In this document: one piece after another, positions 50,874 through 60,400 of the stretch
Position numbering within the stretch: the stretch's first letter is position 1
Layout of the letters: every line of letters starts with the position of its first letter
IMG/VR virus record: IMGVR_UViG_3300032282_005553
Coordinates: 1 to 64,000 of that record
Origin: a virus
Strand: one strand, 5' to 3'
DNA: 64,000 bases
Made by a program: the position numbers and the translations under genes
Notes under the pieces: model-generated
What the model was told of the DNA's origin: nothing
Databases searched by the model: none
What the model saw: the letters and a program-made list of their open reading frames with translations, nothing else

Positions 50874-51845
50874 ATGGCAAGCAATCGTGTATTTTATGCT
50901 GTTCAATCAGTCGGCCTAGCAGATCCAGTTGAAAAAACAAGTCCTGAAACAATAGCTTCAGAAAGCTACGACATTATGCAGGGTGTTCAGAGTGTTGGTC
51001 TAAATACTAATTTTAATCTTGAGCCTGTTTATCAATTAGGTCAACTAGAACTATATGATAACTATGAAGAAGTTCCAGAAGTTGAAATTACTCTTAATAA
51101 AGTACTAGATGGCGAAACAACACTATATCAAAAATGTATGGGAGAGGGTAAACTAGTAGAACTTGCCAATAAAATTACTGCTTTCCAGCTTAATATATAC
51201 GAAGATACTAACTCAAAAGCATCAGGAACAGGTGCTGCTGTCACTTGCAATCCTGCATATTTGAGTTCTGTAACTTATACATTCCCAACAGAAGGTAACT
51301 CCACAGAAGAAGTTACTCTTGTTAGTAATGATAAGGTCTGGGCAGTTGCTACCAGTAATAATGCTCCATCAGTAGAAACTACAAGTGGTATTGTTCGTCG
51401 TCAATTAGTTAAGATCACCGGAGTTGATGCTTCAACTATTCCTTCCGGAGAGGGTGGAGGACTTCCTGATGATAGTAGTATTACAAATATCACAATCAGT
51501 ATGAACCTTGGTCGTGAACAGATTCGTACTCTTGGAAGAAGAACTCCTTCTTATCGCTACATTAATTTCCCCGTAGAAATTACAACAGAATTTCAAGTTG
51601 TTGCCCTTAAAGATGGAGATCAAGTTGGTGTAACAAACACCAATGCTGTTTGCTCAAATCCAAAAGCTCTTACAAATAAATCTATTAAGATTGTATTATG
51701 TGATGGTATGACTATTGATCTTGGAAGTAAGAATAAATTAAGAAGCGTTAACTATACCGGAGGTGATACCGGTGGTGGAAATGCTACTATGAGCTACAGT
51801 TATGTAACATATAATGACTTTGATTTTACTGGTCCTAGTTCTTGA
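50874..51845 (+). CDS. major tail tube protein
   Basis: GGAG RBS, ATG 50874; GVQSVGLNTNFNLEPVYQLGQ and a second ISMNLGREQIRTLG (duplicated tube fold); followed by a terminator. Confidence 0.65.
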   Translation: MASNRVFYAVQSVGLADPVEKTSPETIASESYDIMQGVQSVGLNTNFNLEPVYQLGQLELYDNYEEVPEVEITLNKVLDGETTLYQKCMGEGKLVELANKITAFQLNIYEDTNSKASGTGAAVTCNPAYLSSVTYTFPTEGNSTEEVTLVSNDKVWAVATSNNAPSVETTSGIVRRQLVKITGVDASTIPSGEGGGLPDDSSITNITISMNLGREQIRTLGRRTPSYRYINFPVEITTEFQVVALKDGDQVGVTNTNAVCSNPKALTNKSIKIVLCDGMTIDLGSKNKLRSVNYTGGDTGGGNATMSYSYVTYNDFDFTGPSS

Positions 51846-51883
51846 TAATATAAGCTAAGATTTATCAAGATTGATAATTATAG

Positions 51884-51925
51884 TAAGGGCGCTACTTGAC
51901 AAAGGTGGCGCCCTTATTATTTATA
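51884..51925 (+). terminator. hairpin terminator after the tail tube gene
   Basis: TAAGGGCGCTAC...GTGGCGCCCTTA followed by TTATTTAT. Confidence 0.7.
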
Positions 51926-51965
51926 TGTAGGATTATAAAAAATTATAACTTTAAAAGGATAAAAA

Positions 51966-52085
51966 ATGGATGAATTATTTGTGATGATAGGAAAGCTTTA
52001 TTATGATCTCGTTAGATCGCAGGCTGTTATTGATAGTTTAAAGAAACAATTAGAAGATGCTAATAAGTCTAACGACTACAATTAA
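51966..52085 (+). CDS. 39-aa small protein (MDELFVMIGKLYYDLVRSQAVIDSLKKQLEDANKSNDYN)
   Basis: AAAGGA RBS, fills the gap before 52091; below the ORF-track cutoff. Confidence 0.55.
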   Translation: MDELFVMIGKLYYDLVRSQAVIDSLKKQLEDANKSNDYN

Positions 52086-52090
52086 AGAAT

Positions 52091-53137
52091 GTGCTAACAA
52101 ATAAAGCCGTAGAATCATTAATTCATAGAATATTGTCTGGAAGATTAATTTTTGAATATTTTGATAGAACTTTTGAACTTAAAAAGCCATCATTAGATCT
52201 AAAAATTAAAGCAGATTTGATCTACCAACAATCTTATGAATCTAATTTATATGATAATTTTTGGTTAATAGAAGACATACCAAATCTTGCTATAGATATT
52301 GGCATACTAGATATTTCTTATAGAGATATTATAAAAAAAATAGAAAAAAAAATAGATATCCAAAAAATGGATCTATATAAAGAATTTTCTAATCAAAATC
52401 AAAAGAAAAAAAATAAAACAAAAATTGCACAGAGTAAACGAAATTTAAATGAAGAATATAATAAATTGCATTATTTAGACTATTTATCATTAGAACATTA
52501 TTGTGATAAAATTAAAAATGAATTTCTTATATCTAATACATTGTATTATTTTGATACCGGAGACCTGGTTTTTTATCCAGGATCTATAGACTACAATATG
52601 TTCAATTCTTTAATAGTAAAAATATCTGAACATATTATTACAATAGAAAACTATAAACAAATTGCCAGACATGAATATTGGAAAAATTTATGGAGTAATA
52701 ATAAATTTAATATTATATCTGAAGGAGTAAATGAATGGTCTGATGAACAAAAAACACTTTTTAATATTGCTGCTATGTATGATAGAATAGCTGAACATCC
52801 AGAGTGTCCGTCGCAAGAAATTATTGAGGACGATGATGCGCTTGATGGCTGGATGATTTTCCAAAAAGAAAAAAATAACAAAGAAAAACGTCAAAAGGGT
52901 GTAGATAATATGTTGTCAGACAAGATTAGGAATTCGTCTGAGATATTTTTGGTTCCCAGCAATAAAGAGGAAATATCTGAAATTCAGGATCTCAACTCTT
53001 TTGAATCAAGACAGAGGTCAGTTCAAAAATTTGATTATATAGCAGCTAACAAAGATAAAAATATTGAGGAAATACAATTGCCGGACGTAAAAGCAAAAAT
53101 ACAACAAGAATTATTAGATAAAGGAAGGAAAAAATAA
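52091..53137 (+). CDS. hypothetical protein, possible tail assembly chaperone
   Basis: YDRIAEHPECPSQEIIEDDDALDGW; lies between tail tube and tape measure. Confidence 0.5.
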   Translation: MLTNKAVESLIHRILSGRLIFEYFDRTFELKKPSLDLKIKADLIYQQSYESNLYDNFWLIEDIPNLAIDIGILDISYRDIIKKIEKKIDIQKMDLYKEFSNQNQKKKNKTKIAQSKRNLNEEYNKLHYLDYLSLEHYCDKIKNEFLISNTLYYFDTGDLVFYPGSIDYNMFNSLIVKISEHIITIENYKQIARHEYWKNLWSNNKFNIISEGVNEWSDEQKTLFNIAAMYDRIAEHPECPSQEIIEDDDALDGWMIFQKEKNNKEKRQKGVDNMLSDKIRNSSEIFLVPSNKEEISEIQDLNSFESRQRSVQKFDYIAANKDKNIEEIQLPDVKAKIQQELLDKGRKK

Positions 53138-53139
53138 AC

Positions 53140-53445
53140 ATGTATTATGACCCAGAAAGACTAAGATTCTATGTAGAAAAAAGAATACAAACCACCATGA
53201 TAGGCGCACTAGCTAGAATAGAAAATACATTTGGACACCTTTGGGGACAAGATAAAGAAGGTGAACTTACTCGCGAAGAAGAAGAGTTTGCTGACGCATG
53301 GGATTTTTTGAGAAACGATATATTGAATTATGGAAACAAACAAATAAGACAAGTAAAGGAAGATTTTTATAAGTATGGTGGACTTTTCAAAAATACGTAT
53401 AATTATACTTTTAAAGTAAGAAAGGATGATAGTAATGAAAATTGA
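53140..53445 (+). CDS. hypothetical protein
   Basis: 101 aa, in operon. Confidence 0.6.
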   Translation: MYYDPERLRFYVEKRIQTTMIGALARIENTFGHLWGQDKEGELTREEEEFADAWDFLRNDILNYGNKQIRQVKEDFYKYGGLFKNTYNYTFKVRKDDSNEN

Positions 53446-54313
53446 AACATTTAAAGTTAAAAAGGATGACAAGGAAATTGAATTAGCAGTAAGGTCACCA
53501 TCTCTAGAAGATCAAAGAGAGGCCCAAAAGATTTACAATCAGGCATTTACAGATGCTATAAAATCTAAATCTGTTGTTAGGGCAAAACTCGATGATTTAC
53601 TAGAAGATCAGGGGCTATGGAATCAAGAAAAGCAGGCTAAGTTCACCGAACTACAACAGCAAATCCTTGATGGAGAAAAAAGATTAGCTAAGGGCGGCTT
53701 CTCACTTAAAGAGGCCAAAAATCTTGCTATAGAAATGAAAAGAACCAGAGAAGAAATTAGAGAATTAATTAGTGTTAGAACAAGTTTGGACAATCATAGT
53801 GCAGAAGGTCAAGCTGATAATGCTAAGTTTAATTATTTAGTATCTTCTTGTGTGGTGTATAAAGAGAATAATCAGAAATATTTCAAGAATCTAGAAGATT
53901 ATATGAATAAGTCTGATGATCCTGCTGCTCTATTAGGGGCGCAAAAGTTGGCTAATATGATTTACGGATTGGATAACAACTTTGAAAAGAACTTGCCAGA
54001 AAACAAGTTTTTACAGAGATATAAATTTGTTGATGAAAAACTAAGACTCATTAATAAAGACGGTAAATTGGTCGATATCGATGGTCGATTAATTGATGAA
54101 AATGGTCGATTTATTAATGAAAAAGGAGAATTTGTCGATAAAAACGGAAATAGGGTAGATAAAGATGGAGAATATATTGTTGATTCTCAACCATTCCTTG
54201 ATGACGATGGCAGGCCCATCCTATTAGAAAATGAAACCAACAATCAACCAGTGCAAGAAACCAAGGTCGTTGAATCAGCAGAATCAGTCGAAAATAAGAC
54301 AGATTCTAACTGA
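53435..54313 (+). CDS. putative tail assembly chaperone with 7-aa tandem repeats
   Basis: Helical body; LINKDGK-LVDIDGR-LIDENGR-FINEKGE-FVDKNGN-RVDKDGE; directly before the tape measure. Confidence 0.55.
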   Translation: MKIETFKVKKDDKEIELAVRSPSLEDQREAQKIYNQAFTDAIKSKSVVRAKLDDLLEDQGLWNQEKQAKFTELQQQILDGEKRLAKGGFSLKEAKNLAIEMKRTREEIRELISVRTSLDNHSAEGQADNAKFNYLVSSCVVYKENNQKYFKNLEDYMNKSDDPAALLGAQKLANMIYGLDNNFEKNLPENKFLQRYKFVDEKLRLINKDGKLVDIDGRLIDENGRFINEKGEFVDKNGNRVDKDGEYIVDSQPFLDDDGRPILLENETNNQPVQETKVVESAESVENKTDSN

Positions 54314-54350
54314 TAATTGTGTTAATACTTATTTGATTTTTGCAAACACT

Positions 54351-54389
54351 CAGCACCACATTGATACTCTCAGTGTGGTGTTGTTTTTT
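54351..54389 (+). terminator. terminator-like hairpin immediately upstream of the tape-measure RBS
   Basis: 14-bp stem CAGCACCACATTGA-TACTC-TCAGTGTGGTGTTG (two G-U pairs) followed by TTTTTT. Confidence 0.7.
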
Positions 54390-54411
54390 GTATCATAAGG
54401 AATTATAAAAA

Positions 54412-57400
54412 ATGGCTAAAGGATTTAATTTAACAGCAGAAATTAATCTAAGAGGACCAGCGAACATTCGTACGGTCGTTGCCGATATACGTCGTCAATT
54501 AGGTACTGTTTCAGCGAACGTTAATGTAAAAGTGAATCCTGCATCATCCAGAAATATAGCTGGATTAAATCAAGCATTAACTAATCTTAATAATACTCTT
54601 TCTCAGACGAATGTATTGGCAACCCAAGTTACGGCATCGCTAAATGCTTTGGCAACCGCTGGCGGAACAGCATCTACATCTCTTGGAGGACTCCCAAGAT
54701 CGATGGGCTCGGCAACAGCATCTCTTAATAGATTTAATGCTAGTGCAGCGAATACAGGAAATGCTCTTAGAGTTTCTCGAACAGAATTCGAGGAATTCGG
54801 ACGTCAAGCTGCTCTAGCAGTAAGAAGATTTGCTGCATTTTCTACTGTTACTAGCGTTGTATTCAAGGTAACGAACGCTATTAGTTCAGCATATACAGAG
54901 TTCGTTGCTTTTGATAAAGAATTAGTCAGAGTGGCACAGGTTACTGATTCATCACTATCTAGTTTATCTGGATTAGAAAGAAGCATCACAAATTTATCAA
55001 CATCGCTTGGTGTATCGTCACAAGACTTAATTAAAGTTAGTAGCACATTAGCTCAGGCAGGATTGTCTGCCAAAGACACAGAAAAATCATTGAAAGCTTT
55101 AGCATTAAGTGCTTTGGCTCCATCATTCGAGGGACTAAATGATACGGTCGAAGGTAGTATTGCTCTTATGAGACAGTTCGGTATACAGGCTGGCGATCTT
55201 GAAAAATCTTTGGGTTCTATCAACGCAGTATCTGCTAGGTTTGCTGTAGAGGCCGGAGATATTATTGCTGCCATTCAGCGCACTGGTGGTGTGTTTGCTG
55301 CTGCGTCTAGAGGAGTTAGCGAAGGTAAAGATGCCTTAAATGAATTTATCGCAGTATTTACTAGTATTCGTGCCACAACTCGTGAAAGTGCAGAGACAAT
55401 TGCTACAGGCTTAAGAACAATTTTTACAAGAATACAAAGATCTAGCACAATAGAAGCACTAAAAGAATACGGAGTCAATCTTACAGATATTGAAGGTAAG
55501 TTTGTTGGAGCATATAAAGCTGTAGAACTACTTAGTGGTGGACTTGGTAAACTAGACCCAAGAGATCTTAAATTCAGTAAGATCATAGAAGAACTTGGTG
55601 GATTTAGACAGATTGGTAAAGTTATCCCTTTGATTCAAGAGTTCGCAACCGCACAACAAGCGTTGGCTGTCGCACAAAAGGGTCAGGGATCTTTAAGTAC
55701 AGACGCCGCTACTGCACAACAGGCATTAGCTATCAAGATATCAAAGGTAAGAGAAGAATTTATCGCATTAATTAGGTCTGTATCAAAAAGTGATAGTTTT
55801 CAAAATTTTATCAATTTGAGTCTTGATTTAGCAAGTTCACTCATAAAGCTTTCTGATTCTGCAAAAGTTTTACTACCAGCATTAACTGCCATTGCAGCAA
55901 TTAGGGGTGCTAGTTTTATAACGCAATTTTCTAGAGGATTTGCTGGTGGTATAAGAACTCAACGCAATAACAATGGTGGTCCGATAAGAGGTTTCGCTAC
56001 AGGGGGCTTGGTACCTGGGCGCGGTGATACAGATACATATCCCGCTATGTTAACTCCTGGTGAGTTTGTTATACGTAAAAAAGCGGTAGATAAAATAGGT
56101 GTTACTAATTTACATAGAATTAACAGGGCATCTGGAGGATATATTCCAAAAGTAAAATCAGAAAGCTCTGAACCAAAACAATATTTTGATGGAGCAAGAT
56201 CACAAAGAACAGTACAAAAAACTAAAAATAGTGGAAGATATATCGCCCCCAAAGTTAGCATACCAGAAAGAGCACACATAGGTGGTGATCTTTATATAGA
56301 TCAATCCTTTTTAGTCAGATATCTAGAGAGATACTCTGCATCAAAACTAAAAAGATCTATAGGAGAATTTTCTGGTACAAAACCAGGCATGGCAGTAGGC
56401 GTTATTGGTGGAATGAGTAAAACAGAATATGATAAATTTATCAAAGAAAAATTAAATCTGTCAGTTAAAAAAAGAATACGTCTGAATTTCCCAAGAACAT
56501 TTAATCAGGCATTAAGAGCAACAGACCCAGGTCTAGTATTAAAGAACGATCTTGTAGACATCGTATCATCTGCTCCAGACTTGACCGATCCTTTAGGCGG
56601 CTTGTCTTCATCAGAAATCAATAAAATTAAACAAAATAGTATACGAAAAATAAGATCATTAAAAGCATTACCAGCATCATCTTATCGTAAAAACTTAGGC
56701 TGGAGATCTGACACACCAGACAGTCTCAAAAATGCCCCAGCATTTGATAGCGATTATCAGCTCAATCCTTTGGCTCAAATAATAGAATCTAGTGTCAATC
56801 AGACAACCAAACAGAAACTACAAAACAATATAGATTTATTATTCAGATCATCAAAAAAAGACGCAAAATATATCTCTAGCAAAACAGGCCAAGAAAGAAC
56901 AAGAACTCAATCAAGAGAATCTGCTAGATTATCTACTATAATGAAAAAATATAGCAATGATCCTAGAAATGTGCAAAGAAGAGAAGAGTCATATTATGAC
57001 AGAGGATTAGAAAACGCAATATCTTCTTTACCAGAAAAAAGAAGTCGTAAAAAATCACAAACTACTTCCAACTACCCAAAAGATCGTATACCATTTTATA
57101 TGTTAAATGCTGGTGGTTCAGTACAAAGATTTGCTGATGGTGGAGTTACCACTAGAAATGTGGGTTATATAGACAGTGATGCGCTAAATGATCCAGCAAA
57201 TAAAGCTTTAGTAGATGAGCAAATAGAAAAACTTAAAAAACAAGGAATCAAAATAGAAGGTGGATACAGAGGCTATAAACAATATCTATCGGACCTTGCT
57301 GCAAAAGCTCGTCAAGAAAAACAAATTGGAAGATTAACATCTATCGTAGGGTTACCCGGAGCCGGTAAGAGCACCATGATGATGGGTAGTTCTCAGGCTG

Positions 57401-60400
57401 ACAATGCCACAATGAGAAAAACTACCAGATTCCCCATATTGACACCTGAAGATATAACAAGATCATCCTCAGTAATAGACGTTACAGCAAGTGTAAATCC
57501 TAAAAAAATAGATGCTTCTCTACAAGCATCAGATAGAATAGTATCATTGTCTTCATCAACTAAAGAAGAACAACAAGAATTACGCAGAAGACGAAAATTA
57601 AGAAATAGACAAATAGAGTCCGGAACCTCAACAACCGGTTTTGGTCGCAGAGCAGGAACAACGGATTCCGCCCCAGTAGATAGTGGATATATTGAAGCTA
57701 TTTTACAATCAGAAATTAAAGACCCCAAGAAGATAAGAACACTTGGAGTGACACCAAAAGGATTTAGAACAAAAAGAGGAGATGATATACCAGAAATATT
57801 AAAGGAAAAAATTAATCTATATTATGGTAATTTTGGACCAACAACAGCAGGCCACGTTGCTGCTCAACAACAAGGAATGCAAGAATCCGCTAAAAGAGGT
57901 ATTTCAAAATCAATTGTGGCTGTTGGGATAGATACTCCAGTTAAATCTGGAGATGAGCACTCTACAAGATCAGCATTATTGAGCCAAAAAGAAAGAATTG
58001 CTTTAGCTAAAAAAGCATTCCCAGAGTCGTCTATAACCGCAGCGACAAAAGAAACCTTTGGTTTCGGATTACCATCTCTCTATGAAATAGAAAAGAGTGG
58101 AACAGACAGAAGAAGATTTGTTAAGCCATTGGGTGGTAGCACAGCCACAGTAGGAGACGAAAAAGGATCAAGTTCTTTACAAAAATATTTAGATGCTGGA
58201 TTCGATCCTAAAGATATATTAACTCTTGAAAGATTGGGTGGTATTAGTGGTACTAAAGTTAGAGAGGCTCTATTAAAGGGTGACACCAAAACCCTAAAAA
58301 AATTAACAAGTCCAGCAGTATTCGATATTCTTAGTAGAAATTCTGAAGTTTTTCAAAGAAGATCTAGTATTTTACCAAAAATTATGGAGCGTATAGGAAC
58401 TAGAGCAACTTCATCACTAGGAGCAATAGAGGCCGAACTTGCAAAATATCCAGGTAGACTAACTCCCAAGATCAAAGCTGAACACCCAGAATACGAAGAG
58501 ATAGTAGATAATCTTAGAAAACAAAGAGATAAAATAAAAGCAAAAGCTGAATCCCGTTCGGGATCGACAATGAGAAGATTATCTAGAATGTTTCCATCAG
58601 CATACGGTATTGATATTGGAGATACTCAAAAGTTTATGGCTGGAGAAGCAGTAAAAGCTAGGGTCGGCAGGAAAAAAGCAGAAAGACTACATGATACTGA
58701 CATTGGCGAGGCTAGAACAAAGACCGCTAGCGAAATTATTTCAGAATTGACCATCTCCAGTGCTCAACAAGTATTAACGGAAGCTGGTGGAGCTAGAGTT
58801 AATGCGAATACATTACTTAGAAAATCAAAACTTAATCCAGATGAGCTTAGACTAAAAGACAGTATTTTATCTGCATATGTCACTAAAGTTAATGCTAAAG
58901 CTAAAGAGGCAAGAGAAAGAGACTTAGGAGCAACAACATCCGCACAACAAGCTAAGACTTTATTTGGTGTCATAGGAATGTTTGGAAATGGTTTTCCGGC
59001 TGAAAATATAACTTTGGAAGATGGACTTAAAAAACCCACTACTGTTAGAGTATTTGGCGCTGTTTTAGATAAGAATAAAGCTGAAAAAGATGCTAGATTA
59101 GAACAAAGAAAGAATAGATTAAGCGCTATAAATACTAAAAGAACTATAAAAGGTAAATCGAGACTGTCAGACTCAAGAGCACAAGATATTGAAAATGCTC
59201 CCATGGCATCTGCTCTCAGCAAAGAGTATTTACAAGAAGATTTATCTGGAATTACAAAAAGGACGGGTATCACACCACAAATGACTCCTGCTCTTAAAAA
59301 ATCTTTAGCTGATAGTCAAGGATCTAAATTTCAAAATGATGTTACTGCAACCTTAATTAAAACTCCAGAAGGTAAGGAAATATCCGATTCTATGATGAGA
59401 GATAATCAGCAAAGAAGCATAGACTTTCCATATGGGATTGGTATGTCTATGGCCAAGAATTGGTTTAATAATGCTTTATTAGCGAATATACCAGTTGATG
59501 CCAAAAGAACACTAACAGGACCAAGAGGAAAATTACTTAGTAATATCACTAATTATTTAAAAACTAAAGGATTTGCTATAGGTGGACACATACCAGAAAA
59601 TAATGAAGATTCGGTTCCAGCACTATTGACACCCGGAGAATTTGTGATCAATAAAAAAGCAGCCCAAAGAATAGGTGCTGCTAAATTACATCAGTTAAAC
59701 AGAGCAGATAGAATAAAGGGTTTCAATAAGGGTGGTGCTGTTGGACCACAAAGATTTTTCCTAGGAGGAGGAGCATCTGCCAGACCAGGAGATAGTGCTA
59801 ATATAAATAATTTAATGGTTCCTGCTAGTTCTATCAATCAATTGAGACTAATAGTAGATGCTCTTGAAGAACTAGGAGTTAGTGCTTCAAAATCAGCAGA
59901 TCTACTTAAAAAAGGAGGAAGAGCTAGTATACAAGCAGCACATGCCGCATATGAAGCTGATATAGTAAGACTACGTATTGCTGGTGCTCCCATACAAACA
60001 GTAATTAATGCTGAAACACAATTAGCAAATATGAGGCAGCAAGCAACGAGACAAGTTGCAGCACAAAGACAACTTTCTGGAGTTGGTGGATCAAAACTAC
60101 AAAGAATAGATACGGCAGCCCAAAACAATATTCAGAGAATGGTCCAGAGAGCTCAAAATGCTGGAGTAAATCTTGATGAAAATCAAATGCGTCGCATTGA
60201 AGATTTAGGATATAGAAGAGCTGCTACGAGAGCGAGAATATCTCCAACACAAATGGCAGGATTAAATGGTAATGATTTACGTCAATTTATTAACAGTGCC
60301 ATGGGTGATCCTAAAACTTTTCAGCAAATGAATAAAACTTTTGAGACACAGAGAAAACAAGAAATATTAAGACAAATAAATATTGAAAGAGGAGTTACTA

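Noticed and set aside
51896-51925. TTGACA in the loop of the tail-tube terminator as a sigma70 promoter
   Set aside because: There is no convincing -10 hexamer at 16-18 nt spacing.
52091-54411. Programmed -1 frameshift tail chaperone (G/GT type)
   Set aside because: Each ORF has its own start. A-runs are ubiquitous in this AT-rich DNA, so no slippery site can be singled out.
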